A stretch of 64,000 nt of DNA from Pocillopora damicornis. Lineage: Eukaryota. Below, one piece after another: positions 46,101 to 61,100 of this stretch (positions within the stretch are counted from its first letter, which is position 1; each line of letters opens with the position of its first letter). Made by a program: the position numbers and the translations under genes. The stretch is taken from assembly GCF_003704095.1 (NCBI RefSeq), contig NW_020843620.1, forward strand, positions 1-64,000. The letters are read 5' to 3'. The notes under the pieces were generated by a model, which saw only the letters and a program-made list of their open reading frames with translations, made no database searches and was not told the DNA's origin.

Positions 46101-49100
46101 CAGGATATACTGTGCCAGACAGTATGATCCAGTTTGTGGAACTGATAGTAAGACGTACAACAACCCTTGCCTCATGAGAGCGGCTAGCTGTCAGTATCAG
46201 AGGGATATCACGCGCCTTCGTTACGGGAAGTGTGGTAAGTATGAGAGCTGGTACATGGTGCGAAGCTCGTGATGCAGGAGCTCTTCCCTTTGAAGCGCGT
46301 TAGCGGAGCCCCTTACCTAAGGAAAAGCTGATCAACCTCGGGAAAAACACGCCGTGACTTGACGGTTTACATCTGTATGAAAATTGCATTTCGCGTAAGC
46401 GAGAAGCTGGAAGAAACGACGTCGGACAATGCAACTTCAGGGAAATTTTATCACACCAAAGGGCATCAGAATTTTAAGCAATTCGAGCCCCCGTTTAAGG
46501 CTGGCTAAATCTTTATATCATTCCTTAGCCCAGGGTTAGCTCAATGAAATGGAAGTAGTTTCATCTTGGTTTATTAAGATTAAGATATTAAGATTAAGTC
46601 CCACAATCACATTAAAGAGTGATTTCTTCCCAGGTTTTCACCCTCCATACGTAGCAGTAAGAGATTATAATCTCTTAATACTAATTGGAAGAACCCGGGA
46701 ATGAATCTCTACAGCTGTTGCCGACTTATTTTCATCTTAAAGGGACCATGAAACAGTGTAGGCATCAACATCGACCTTTTTCTACCGCTAGCTTCGAAAT
46801 GCTCAGATGTGATATTAGGACGATATACAAATAAGTTGTAGGCTTTCTTCTTTACTCGCAGAATTTCAAGGCCAGAGGAATTTTCTTGGGTGTGGCATAG
46901 CCAAAAATGACTTCAGTGGAAGCCCTCTAACTAGAACTCCCATAACTCGAGCCCCTGGTAACTTTAACAAGATCCGATTTCCCTTGACACATTTTGCTGT
47001 CATTTTCTATCAGCTAACTCGAACTGTCGCTAATTCGAACCATTTTCTGTTTCCCTCAGGAGTTTGAGTTAGCGGGGTTCTACCATTGCAAGAAAACTGT
47101 TTATAGAGTAGTTGTTATTCGCCTTTGAACTTTGCAGGTGCCACGAGTTGTCTTGGGTTGAAAAACGCCGGTGTCGCCGCCACAGATGGTGAATACCTCA
47201 TATATGTACGTTCAAAGTGTAACACGCCAATGAAAGTCTATTGTCACGGTATGAATACTAGTACCCCCAAGGAATTTGTCACGTTGCCAGCCGGAGTTCA
47301 GAACAATTACGCCTATATTTACGCCAAAAGGCTGCCTCACAGACCTTACTCCGCAAGGTATCGATGTTCAGGAAAACCCGGAGCTATGAATTACACCGAA
47401 GCTGGATTGACGAAGTTCCGCAAAGTTCGTGTGGATCTCACGAGAATGGCGATCATCCCCGACGATTATACGTTTGCTAAGTCGGATCCTTTCGGCAGGA
47501 GAATCGCGTACGGAACAGCTGGTGACTGTTTCTCAATGCATTTTGGTGGTAACTGCAGAAGGGGACACTTTAAAATTGACCTTACTCGTACAGGCCTGCG
47601 CTTGAAGTCGTCTACTGAGTGGCAGGCGCTTGGTTTCCCACCAGGAATAGAAATGCATGAGTACAAAAAATCTAAGGATGGTACAATGGTGTCTGCTAAG
47701 TGCGGAGGATGGTGCGGACGATGTAGACCTAATGGAGAAATGTTACTTGAGCAGACTGTCTGCAAGCAAGAAGAAAGTAAGCCGATATCTTCCATTAATA
47801 TACCCTGAATTAAAATTATATAGTTTGTAACGTCACCGAAGCTTTTGTAAGTGGTTAAACTTTTTTTTTCAATCTAATGCGGTTTTTTTATGTTTTTAAA
47901 AAACATCGATTTCCATTGAAAACTGTTTTTTTTTTCGTGTAGCTCAGGGTAGCACTTGGTTATGTACCTACCCTTCTTTACTCCGGACAAATCCTTGTTT
48001 CATTGAAGTTCCAGTCCAGTTTTTCCGATGAAACCCGAGAGAGACTGGGAGCTCTAAAAATCGTACATGATGGCAGTGTGTTTTGCCAATGTCGTGTTTT
48101 GCGGTTTTATTATTTTTTTCTTAAGAGAGGCTTCATTCTATCCTCGAATCAGTTTGTTGGGATTCAGGTTTGATTGATCAAATATATTAAATGTTTCGAA
48201 TTTTTAACTTGGAATCAGAGGATGTTATATTGCGAAACATGAAAGACCATACCCAGGAAAAAAATCACTCTCAGGAAAGATCTTGCAATAAATATTTTTA
48301 AACGCTGTATTTTCAGCTTTACTTAGTACATTTTCTTTGTTATAACGTTATACTATTGACCCAATGAAAATCTTATAATTGCACTCACTTTTCTCGATTA
48401 TCCCATTTCCTATTTGATGTTAGTGAAACATCACTATTATGTACTAACTAATTCTATGTTTCCTTTTCATAGATCCCTGCCAGTCTATTGTATGCGAATT
48501 CTACTCTATTTGCCGCCGATCCATAGATGGTTACAGCCACGTGTGTGAGTGTCCTTCGAACTGCTCCAAAGGGAATTCACCGGTGTGTGGAAGTGATGGA
48601 AAGACTTACGAGAATGAATGTGAACTTCAAAGGGAATCTTGCACCAAGAGAAAAACGATTAAAGTTAAAACCATGACAGCATGTGGTATGTACCTCATTA
48701 GAATTACGTTCTCTTCACTCTTGGGGTTCGATTTGGGTTTGATTAAAATTAAAAGAAACCTTGGCGTTTTCTCATACGACCTTCATTTCAGTGTCATTTA
48801 GCATTGGTTAGGGAAAGGGATTGGTTTGGGCAAGGGGATAGACTTTGGTGAAGTTTGAGGGTTTAGAGGTGAGATGTCTAAAGTGAGAGTTCAGAGGTCA
48901 GGGGTCAAACAGGAGGGATAAATATGTAGGATTTCCTTGCTAAGACAATCTGTTAGAGGAGAATATACTACAAAAAAAATCCTAATCCTGTCCCAGACTT
49001 GGTGTTTCCTCATGCATTTTTTCAATAATCCTTTACATCCTAACATCAGTATGCATATTTTCAATACTGTTCCCCATACGTTTACAATGGTGCTGACAAG

Positions 49101-52100
49101 GAGAATTGTTTAGTAATCAAGAGTTTCATTAGTTGATGATCATTTCCTCAATTCTTATGACCCTAATGCTTGATTGAAGGGTGATATTGTAAGAAGAATT
49201 AAGATGCAAGTCACTGTTATGGGCGTAAAGGTTAAAGTGGATTTTCAAGCAAGCTGAGCTGCAGTTTAAGCAATTGCAGAAAAGAAGCCTGATTTAAACC
49301 TGTTCCTCCTGAAGACTAGTTGGGTGTTTCCTATGTGTACCAACTGAGCTATGAAGCCACAGTTGGGAGCAGGGCTCATGTTGCATGTATAAGAATGGTC
49401 TTTGATATTAGACTGATCTGCTTTTAGGAGTAAAACAGCCTGTTCACCTCATGTTTGGCATTGATACTGCAACGATGAATGAGCCCAAGTATGTCCTGAA
49501 AATCAAAGAATTCTACAAGGAACTTGGAAACAGATTCCGCATCCCTGAACAAGGAATAGCTCATGGATTTTTGAAGTTTGATCTAAGTGGCACAGCAAAG
49601 ATAGATTTTGTAACATTTTACAACTATGTTACCTTACCTGCATATATCAATGCACTGCAGAGCATTGACAAAAAGACAACACTGGATGAGGCAATGAGAG
49701 ATTCTGTTCCTGGTCTCTTGTATAGGGTGGAGTATGATAACAGATTGAGATATAGTCAGTTCCCCAAGGTATGGCATTTACATGTTTTCCTGGTATAGTT
49801 TGTGCTTGAATTTAATGGATAGCTGTTAGTAAGAGCAAGTAGTTGTTAAAAAAATCTGCTTCCTTCATCTTGTTTTATTCAATTAGGAAGGAAAAATAGC
49901 ACAAATTGAAATGCTATCAAAGAAATTTTCAATTTTTCAGTGGAATCAAATACATAATTTACCTGTAACAGGTTTAAGTATGTCAATCAATCCCACATGC
50001 AGAAATTTCTTAGAAGTTTGTTTAAATTTCATGGAATGCTTGGGGTAACAGCAAAAAGCATTATAGTACTGTTTAGAAGACTGCAGCAGTAGTGGCAAGT
50101 TGAAACAACAAACATTAAAAAGAGTTAACTTGACTGATTAAGATAAACAAACTGTAAACAAACAATGAATACAAATGAAGCAAAAATGTAAAAAATGCTT
50201 ACATTTATAACACCTTATATATAACCGCAAAAAAATGGACCTCTAAAACAGAGAATTGTGCTAAGTGTGACTATTGGTTAATTGACTTAAAAAGTGATTA
50301 TGTGTTTAAGGAACTGGCTTTAAATACAAGAGGACTCTGAAATAATGTGCGGTGGGTGTAACTGACAAAGAGAAATGCCAACAATCTTTAAAAAAAGACA
50401 CTAACGAGGAGATATGAAAAAAGAAAAGAACAAAATAAATACAAAAAATAATTAGCAAGCTCTTAGATCTTACACTTGGGCATTTTAACACTTGGGGAGG
50501 TTATTGATTGAAGGCAGTTATTTGCAGGTCTTTGGCTCGTGGCTAATGACGAGTGAGAAAATGTGCTATTATACTGATTATTTCTTTTACTTTCAGGCTA
50601 TTGTGCTGATAACTGATGGAAGTCGTGTGACTTATCCTCAAGGCCTCATAGACATGTCCAATGCATTAAAGGATGCAGGAATCAAAGTAGTAGTGCTTCT
50701 TGTTGGAGATGAAGATAATGGACTTGATAATGTAAAATCCATTGCTTCAGGGGAGGATTTCATTTTGACAGTAGGGTCACTGAATCGACTGAGAGTGATG
50801 TTACAACCAACTGTGGACAAGATATTAAAAGGTAACTCGTCTATCATTGTTTTAAAGATCTTATTTTGATGGGAAATTATTTAGGAAAAGTGCAAAGTTA
50901 GTGAAGTGGTTTGCTGAAGGAACTCTCCCCTTAGGGAGATTCCTCTAATGGTAATAGAACTGAGTGATTAGTAATTTGTTTGAGATCACTTGTGTGGTTT
51001 GGAAATCAAACTAGTCCACCACATGAGCTTGAATTAAAAAAGCAAGTAACTATAAAGTTGAACTGCCTCTATAATACAGGCCATTGGTCAGTATCAATAT
51101 TTTATTGATCTAACCACCAGAAAGAACCAGAAAGAAAAAAAAAGGGCGCAAAATCGGAGATCTGACTGGTTGTCTTGTTTTAGTGTTTCTCTCTCATTGA
51201 GCAGGAGAGAGGAGCAATTTTTAGCAAAAGTTTCACTTCATGTCAAGTTTGCCATGTTTTAATCTCGTATTACATTGTCTTTACCAGATCTTGACGATTG
51301 TCGCTGGAAACGTTGTCATTTCTACTCAAAGTGTGTCAAAGGTGATGTGGCAAAATGTGAGTGCAACCTGGTGCCTAGTAATGTCAACCGCCCAGTCTGT
51401 GGCTCGGATGGTCAGACTTACAAAAACCTGGTTGCCCTGCAACTGGTGGCTTGTCAAGAACAAAGGTGGATTGTGCCGAGACATACAGGAAGATGTGCTA
51501 CTGGTAAGTTTATATCCTATTTTTAGTAATTTTTTTGCAATGCTGACGCAAAAACTAGGAGAAACTAGGAAGGAGACAAAAAAATATTAATTTAGTATGA
51601 TTAAAAAACACGTAAGAGGCAATAATAGGCCAAGTAGGGCCAAAGATGGCCAAGGATAGCCAAGAATGGCCAAGGATGGCCAAGGATGGCCGAAGGACGG
51701 AGAACATTAAAACGGATACTTTAACTAAAATTAGATGTTGTTTCCTTCTTGTCATCCGTGTGGTTTGTTATAGTCATTATTGACCCTTTCACTCCCAAGA
51801 TCTTATTACACATTCTCCTTACTATCTGCCATGTAATTCTTATGATGCTAGTTTGGAGAATTTGATTGTGAATCAATTGATCTCCTGATTAATATTTCTC
51901 TCTTTTTTCATCACTTGTTTGCTTGATATGGAATTAATACTGTAAAGAGGAACTCTGTCTTGGTCGCTCATGGGAAGATTAAAAAAACCACGCTCAACTA
52001 GAATGCATTGCGGGCGAAGTGGCCATTCTGACCTTTTTTTGTATTACAGAAAAGGAAAGCCTACCGTATGTGTAAGGGTTAATACGGAAAAGAGCTTAAA

Positions 52101-55100
52101 TCGGATTATTTTTCTCTAGATAGGAGGGTAAAACTGTGAAAGAAGAGGGAATAGGCGTCATGCCCAGTCGTAAAAGCAAATATTAAAATTGAAAGGAAAC
52201 CTCTCAATTTCAACAATCCAAAATACGGGTCAAGAATTGACGACGACGATCCTTTTAACACATGTCGTGTGTTTTTCAGACCCAGGTTGTGATGAGCTGG
52301 ATTGTAAATATTACTCTTATTGTTTGGTGCCGCCATCTGGAATAGCCACGTGCACCTGTCCTGATCGAAATGCCTGCGGTGATTCCAAGAACCGAGTGTG
52401 TGGCACGGACGGGCTGTCGTACGATAACATCTGTCAGCTGACTGCAGCTGCTTGTGAGAGGTACCATGAGGTCAGAGTACGGCATGGTGGACTGTGTATA
52501 CGTAAGTTGCGTTCTATGAAACAAGTTAAATTATGCACGTGTTTTGATGGTTCTTAATTATGATCTGTTGAAGGACAGATGCACAAGTGATGTCACCGTG
52601 AACAGCTTTTTGCTTCTTTATATTATTAAAAAAGTAGATTCCATGTTGCCCTGGGTCTGATCAGTAATAGATGACAATAGACATCAAAATGTGGTATTAA
52701 CATTAGTAACATCTCCTCTCAGCCCCCACATGTTGACCTCATCTGTGAGCTATTACTGAACAGACGCTCGGTAACATTGACATGGAATCTGTTTGATATT
52801 TTGGCAGCCGAGTTTTGTTTCAGTACATAGAGGAAGTTTCACAACGGGATTTGATCGTCGTGATTTCACCGTGATGATGTGTGATCACGCATTTCTGCGA
52901 AGTTTGCTGGCCTGCCGGATAGTCCTTTTTGGAAAAAAAAAGAAAACACTTCACATTTACAGTCGCTATGTCCCCAGCTTCGGGAATAAGTGAAAACCGC
53001 CACTCTGTCAAGGAAACTTGTTCAATTCTGGGCGCCTTTCTGTAGTGGACCAGCATACCATACGGGAGGCGATAAATTTCAGGGGTGTAGCAAAAGGGGG
53101 TGGGGTTAGGTGCTCGTGGATCCCCCTCTGAAGTGAGATTATTATATTACAGCCGGGCTTCTTTTTTACTATCACCTAAGGACTCTTCTCCTCTTTATCT
53201 TTCTCTGTGCACGGTCTAGTTTTGTACGCAGACATGTAGCAAAGATCGTCATGTCCAACTGGAATCAGGAGATATTTACGTGATCGAAATTTTTACATTT
53301 CAATGACTGGAGTCATTTATGGCGACATGTTATATCTGGCTATTCACACTCAAGTGGACTGAAGAATTTAGTTTTATAATGTGTTTTGTAATTAAGTCGC
53401 TCCCGTTTTCATTAAGTTATAAAACCTTTCCTCGGAAACTGGAGATAAAGTAGTCACACTTAGTTCGACATGAAAAGAAATTTAAAAAATTTAAAATGGC
53501 CCTTGGAGGTCTATCGCATTTTTAGCTTGGCAGCGTACAAACCTGATGATTTAAAGGTTGAAATATGCAAATCCGAGGAATATACGTGGAATCAATGTTG
53601 TCTTGGGCTAGACATTCCATTTGCCGGTCCTTCTCACCGCGTCGATACGGACCCGCCGGTACGCAAAATAGAGCAGCGGTATGAGCGAACCCTCGCTCCC
53701 TCTTGCAAAATTTTAAAAACTCTTCCTCTATATAACCACTTTGACTCTATTCCCTTACATCTTCTCAATTTGGCTTCCATTGCGCTGAAAACTAGGCCAC
53801 CTTCTTGCCATTAGTTAGCCCGAAACCGGCGTTCGATTTCGTAACTCTCATCAACTAAATTTGTTACGTTTTATTGATATAGAACAACCAGTGGATCTTG
53901 TCTTTGCTCTGGGAGGAGCAGGCTCCATTACCTTGGACACATTTCAGAAACAGAAGGGCTTCATTAAGCAGTTCCTGGACACGTATGGTACCTCTGCGCC
54001 TGGTGTGCACGTAGCCATCATTGACTATTCCACAGGTCGACTGTTGGCCGAGTTCCAAAACTTCGACATAGACAACCTTAAAGACAAGGTCGACAGGCTG
54101 CGTTTAACACGAAGAGGACGAGTGCAAAGTGCTTTAGTGGGCGCAAACAACCAGTTGTTTGGAAATTCTAAGCTGATAAGATCTTACGCGATTAAAGCAT
54201 TGATTGTTTTGACAGGAGAGGGCACGAATGAAGCAGACGCAACGTTACGTAATGCTGCGTCACCTTTGAAAAACCAAGGAGTTAGGATAGTAGCGGTGGC
54301 TGTTGGCAAAAACCCCGTGAAAAGGAAGCTGTTGGTCTTTGCTTCTGGAGAAGAATATATTTTTGATTTCGACGAAAATAAACAACTGCCAGCTTTGGTG
54401 CCAAAAGTATATGAAATGATTATAAAAGGTTAGTTTTAATGACAGTTTGTATAATTCGGTAATTTTCCGTTATCCGTTAATTCCCTTATCTTGTTACCGA
54501 AAACTGCCGCGTAAAAGCCTCCCCCAGACTAAGGGCCAATCTACCCGTAATCTTAAAAAAGACATCCGATTATAAGCACCCCCCTCCTCTCTTTAAGAAA
54601 TTAGAACTCTGCTGTTAACACTTCAACTCCCAAGAACTCATTAGTAATTCTCTTTACTGTCTGACATACAATTCTTACGATGTAAATTTGGAGAATTTGG
54701 TATTGAATCAACTAATGATATTTTACTTTATTCTCTTCACTTCTATGCTTGATATTTTGTTGATATCGTAAGGAGAAATTCTCTCTTGGTCACTCATGGA
54801 GGATAAAGGGTTTATTAGACATTAAAATTTTGATCATTGGAGAGCAAAGATAAACTTCAAGGGAAAAGTCGGAAATTCCGTTTTGTTATGTTCCAGTTTT
54901 GTTCTTGTTGTTAGTTTTCAATTCCGTTCCAAATGCGTGAAATGAATTCGATATTTAATGAAGTTTAATTAAGAAACAGTGAAATTAAAAACATATTTTT
55001 ATCAGCATTGCCATTACTCGACTCGAAGCACTTTTTCTATTCCGCTAATAATGCTCCTTGGATATAAGCCCCCTCGGATATAAGCCTTCTCGGATATAAG

Positions 55101-58100
55101 CCCTCCTTAAACCTCTTACGAAGTTGTATAGGCCTAGGGCCTTTTAGCGGCAGTTTACGGTGTGTTGACCAAGAAACCACTGTGGTGAAATCTGACTGCA
55201 CTGACGTTACACTTGTCCGTGTCTTTCTGTAGATCCTTGCGAGAATAAGGTATGTGAGCACTATGCCCAGTGCGTCTCTTATGCCGATGGCAGCACCCAA
55301 TGCGCTTGTGATGAGAAATGTGCCAAAATTGAAGATCCCGTATGTGGAACCGATGGTCGAGATTATACTAATGAGTGTGTTCTGAAGGCGACAGCATGTC
55401 GAGAGAGCAGGGATGTGGAAGTAGCAGACACGAAACCTTGCGGAGGTGAACACAAGTACCTTCGATTTTTTATTCGTAATTTTTAGTAATGGTTTAGTGC
55501 CATTCTTCTACACCTCTAACCCTTAAGCGCAAATCATCCATATCTCCCGCGTACCTTTAATCCCCTGATATCTCAAACTCCCCTCGTATCTAAAGCTTTT
55601 CCACTCGTATCGCGAATCCTCCAACACTTTGAACCACAGTTATCATGAACCTTTCGTTTCTCGAACTCCCTTGTCTGTCACGGTCCCCCGTATCCTGAAC
55701 CTTCCGCCATCTCGAACCCAGGGTATTGCTGCGACCTAGTTTTATGGTGAACCTTCAGTATTGTGGGATCGCTCAGTGAGTGAAATATGCCAGTAAGGGA
55801 AAGTGTTCCATTTTTCCAATTCAGTTTTAACATGTGAACTGACAACCCTACGTGTGTTTGACATCGCCAATCAGATGCTGACATGTCACTCGCCTTTCAC
55901 GCTTCTCTCATTAAGACAGTCGATTTCTCTTATCAGTAAAAAACTAAGGAGTGTACATAAACAAAACAATACATGGTTGCTTGTAGATATGAAATTTCTT
56001 TTCTTGCTATCAACTCGATTTATCACGCGTTCGCTGCACTCACTCGGGAAATAATGAGTTGAATACGAGAAGATAAATGTCTTATCAACAAGCAGTCATT
56101 TATTATTCTCTATTTCTCTTTATCTAGTGGAGAGTCCAACGGGAATATTTAAACAATAACTTACTATGCTTTAATCTTTCTTTTAAGCCTGTTTTCACGC
56201 GATGGACATTGGTGTAGTTTTGGATTCATCTCGAAGCGTTGGTTGGGAAAATTATGAGACCCTTAAACGCTCCCTTGCCAAGCTTATCGACTACTTCCAC
56301 GTTTCTAAAGACGGCACCCACTTTGGCTTTCTTCACTATAATCAAGACGCCATATTGGACTTTGATTTTGCCAATTCTGCCTCGCAAAACCCACAGGCGC
56401 TGAAGGAGAAGATTTTGGAAATTAATTACGACCCTGGGCGTACACGCACAGACAAAGCGATCAAAATGGCAAACGAGAGACTATTTACTGAAGAAGGCGG
56501 AGCGAGAGAGGGTGTGCCGAAGTTGCTGATTGTACTCACAGATGGAAAAACCAGCGATGACTCAGCTCCCTACTCGACAGTTTTGGCTCCTCTAAAGGTC
56601 CGGTGAATTTGTAGCTAAAAGAGCTTTGTGATTTCGAACTGGGAAACCAAAACAAAAAAGCTACTATTAGAGCAATTTAAATTTATTTTCAAAAGTAATC
56701 CCAGATTGCATTGGTTTTCCTCCACTTCACTTTGTGATTGGTTTAGACCCTAAGCAATTTTACTGGTCTACCAATTAGATGCAAAACCAAAACCGATCAC
56801 GACTTGATTATCGGACGTATTCCCGCGCTTTAGTCAGTTTGGTTGTTTTTACTTTGAGTCCTCATTGGCTCTTAAAGGTATTTTTCTTGCTCTGATAAGG
56901 GGTTGTGACTACTTTGGTTTTTGTAACTGCGCTTACTTTTTTTTTTCTCTCAACTTAACCGAGAGTTTTCATTCTTCTTTTGACAGTTTTGACTGCTGTC
57001 AGCTATCTTTTTCAAAACTAAATATATCATCATAAGGTGTTAAGTGTGATATTGAAGTCATAGGATTAAAGCGTGGAGAGTCTTGTCATTCAAGCGCGCA
57101 AAGTAGCTGTGTTAAGATGGTTCTCAACTCAACTCGATTCATTTCCTTTCGCTCAACTCTTCATTTGATCTTGCTTTCCTCTTGATAAGCAGAAAATACA
57201 TTTGATAAGCTTGAAATAAATTCCACATCCAGAGTATTAGCTTCTGAAAACGTCTCGACCAGTAGAAATATCACAACGGGATCAAAAGTCTGTCGATCGC
57301 AGGTTTATCCGACCCTGGTTTATCTTGCGACTGGTTCGCGCTAAGACTAGGTAACAATAAAGAGATAGTCCGTATGAATGCTTTAACCTCTAAGGGTAAC
57401 TACCATCTAATTTCTCCTTAAATATTATATCACCCCTGAATCAAAAATCAAGGTCACAAGAACAGAGGAAATAATCATCAACTAAAGAAGCTCTTGATTG
57501 TTAGACAAATTCTCCTTGTCAGCACCTTAGTGAATGTATGGAGAACAGTATGGAGAATATACATACTGATATTGGGGTGTAGAGGGATTAAGTAACTGAA
57601 TAGGAGTGTTATTTCCATTGCAGACTAAAGGAGTGCAAGTTCTGGCTGTTGGCGTAGGAGCTGGGGCTGATGAAAGTGAACTGAAAACTATTGCCATGGG
57701 GAATTCTGAAAACGTCCTTAAGATGGGATCGTTTGGACAGCTTGCAAGAAGTTTGAGAACAGTAACCAAGAATTTGTGTCAAGGTATGGATGAATCTTGT
57801 TTAAAAGAGTTAGTTAGTTGTAACGCAATAGGCACTCAGAAATTTTGAACGACCGAAACAGCAAAAGCAGCATCGAAACTGAACATTACTACCATAATTA
57901 CGGTAACAGTGAAGACAAAGATACCAAAATAAAAAGAAACGAATTATAAACCAGAAATCGAGCCCAAACAAAGGAAAAAGGCTTTAGTTACTGATGTTTT
58001 TAAAGGTTTTGTTACTGAGTACACTTCAAACTGGATTTACTCCTGGTTTCCGAAAAGTTTTTGTCTGTAGCTGGTTAGACATTCTTTGAAAGCCATTGCA

Positions 58101-61100
58101 GTTCTGAGATGCTTCTGTTTAAACAAGTGTAACTGTGAAGATTTTTTTAATTTTTCCAAAAAAAAAAAAGTAGTTTTCCTGTAGCCTCATTTTGAAAGAG
58201 TTAGTTTTTATGGAACTTCAAAGTGTCCTGTTCGACCAGTAATTAAGGTTATCTTCGAAATCACGTGTCCTAGTGTAGACTACATGCAGTCTCCTTTTAT
58301 TTTTGGCAAAGTCTGTCGGGGGAGAAAAAAAAATAGAATCAGTGCGCGCAGAACTCTGGGAGTGAGGTACCTCACTCCGAGAGTTGAGTGCGATGCGCTA
58401 AGATAATACTTTTTTTCGGCTAATTTTTTTTCAATCGCTCGACGGACTTCGCCGAAAAGGAGGGACTACTTGTAGGCTAGGCCTATAAGTGTTTCAACAA
58501 CGACCACAAACACACTTATTAATGTCGCTTGTCTAAATCTGCCTAGGCATTGAACCACTGAACTTGGTGTTTGCTATCAATGCAAACGGACAAAATTCTA
58601 AGAATTACTTTGGCCGCATGACCGACACAATCAACTCAATCATCGACTCTTACGGACAGCAAAAAATCAGATATGGTCTTATTGTCTACGGCAATAAGGC
58701 GGTGCCACGAATCCAATTGACAGAGATATTTAGTAGCGACGAGCAACTAAAAATCTTCGTGGAAATGGTACAGCGGAGTCGAGGCGGAGCGGACTTAGCA
58801 GCCGCTCTTGAGAGTGCAAAGGTGATGTTCAGCGGTGAGATACCGGAGCGTCGCAATGTGTTGGTGATTCTGACCGATAGCAAAGCGACAGGGGACAGGG
58901 CCAAAATTCAACCCCTTGCGGATGAGTTACATGAGATGCGTGTCAAGGTTATAACCGTTGCCATGGGTGAGGAGTCAGATAGGAGTGAATTACGGCCTTT
59001 ATCTCCCATGAAAGATAACAGTGTTAAGGAGGACCCCAAAGAGAGTCCTAAACAACTTGGTGACAGGATCATGAGAGAAGCTATCAAAGGTGAGCAACTT
59101 GCTTAAGGAAGTTCTGCGATGTTTAAAGTTACTCTCCATCTATCTTCGGGGGTAGACTTTTCTCAATGTATCCCTTAAGGTAAGGGTTAAACCAAGTTAC
59201 TGCGGCAGTTTCTCCAATGAGATGTGGGGAAGGGTGGGGGGGGGGATCTTCAAAAAGGTTTGCAGTGGAATTGCCCAGTGCTTTTGCTCGGTTTGCCTTA
59301 CTACTCTGCTTGTTTTGTTTTCCCCCACCTACCCCACTCCCCCCTTCCACCCCACAATTTAGGTTAGTAATTATTCCTTACACCAATTTGTTGGAGTTGT
59401 GTTGACAGGTGCCTGGAGGTGAGCTTTGTCTGGGTTGCCATGGTCACCACCTCGTTGCGGAGGAGATCACTGCCTTCCTCTATATGGGCATAGGGTACCC
59501 ACCCTCCTCTTTTATTGATGGATGTTGTAATTATCTCTTTCCTGAGGAACTTGACTGTTTCCTGGGGGGTTGAGATAGCAGGACGCCTTTCTAGTTTTAC
59601 CTTGCAAAATGAATTTTCTATTGTGTTTTAATTTTAATCAGAAATGAAGTATGTGCCTGTGGTGGACCTTGGCTTCGCTCTGAGTGTCTCTTCTTCAGAT
59701 GCCAATAAGAACTTTGAAAAGATGAATTCTGTCATCAATGCTATTATCGACCAGTACAGCGTCATCCGGATCAGATATGCAGTCGAAGTGTTCGGTAACG
59801 ACACAAAAACTGTCCTCGAATTTCATCAGAGTTTTACCAATGGAGATGATTTGAAACGACATCTTGCAACGGTCACCCCTGAGTCCGGTGGATCACGCTT
59901 GGATATAGGACTCAAGGAGGGGGAAGAACTGTTTGAATCGGAAGGCACTCGTCCTAATGCACACAAAGTCCTGGTCGTTTTCACAGACAAAAAATCGACA
60001 GGAGATGATCAGGCTGCTCAAACTGCTGCCAAAGAGCTTTTGGAGAAGGGTATTAAAGTCATTGCCATTGGGTTGGGCAGCGAAAGCGACATTACCGAGC
60101 TTAAATATATAGCAACAGATGTACGCCATGTTATCCCGGCCAAGATCACGGATGACTCAGATGAATTGGGTATTGAGGTCATGAATCTGGCTTTCAAAGG
60201 TAATGTATCTGGGGTCAATTGTTTTGGAAAGAACGAACTTTTTAAGGGTGTAATCAATTTGGTAAATTCCTATTGAGCATTTTCTTAAATCAGAATTGCA
60301 GTAATTTCGTGTTTTTCATAATCTGTGTTAAATGTCTCTTCAAAGAAATCCCAAATGTACCTACCTTGGACGTAGCCTTCGCCATTAGCGCCACAGCCAC
60401 GGATGCCGAAACTAACTTCAAACTGATGAAAGACACCATCACAGCCTTTGCTGATATGTACGGCATGTCAAAGATTAATTATGCAGTCGTGGCTTATGGC
60501 GAAAAACCAAAAAAATGGTTTGATTTCCAAAGCCAACCATCTGATTTTGATGCTCTTAAGCGGACAGTTGATGCAGTCACTCGAGAGACAGGGATAGTGG
60601 CATTGGACAATAGCTTAGAAGAAGCAAGGAGACTTTTTGATGCAGCAAGACCGCAGGCTCGTAAGGTAGAAACAAGTGATACTAAGAGCAGTATTCATTC
60701 TTGCAGGCTTGCTATATTTTAAGGGAACACGCGCGTAATTTTGGTGGCCGTACAGTAGGCTTACGGGAACCAGTATCGAAAATTCAAGGTCTGACTCTGG
60801 ACAGGACTTTTGGCTTGTGGACTTGAAGTAGATACTTAACTCTCATATCACCACACCTAGGAGTGTGAAAGGGCACTCGTGAGTTTTGAGGAAGGGGAGG
60901 GAACGTGAAATACTCCTTGTCGTTGTAGGGATCAAAATCTGGTCGAAAGCCACCAATGGGGAACAGATTCGCCTCTGCTAAGATTTGAAGGGACTTACCG
61001 ATTCAACTTCAGAAATAAAATATGTTTGCACCCGCGTGAATGACTTCGTAGACTTAAAATTACTTGTACTCAATGTAATAGTCTTTTTTTAAGGGATCCG

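Noticed and set aside
57240-57275. Second hammerhead ribozyme (ctgaaaa...gaaa)
   Set aside because: The core is not CUGANGA and no convincing stems could be formed.
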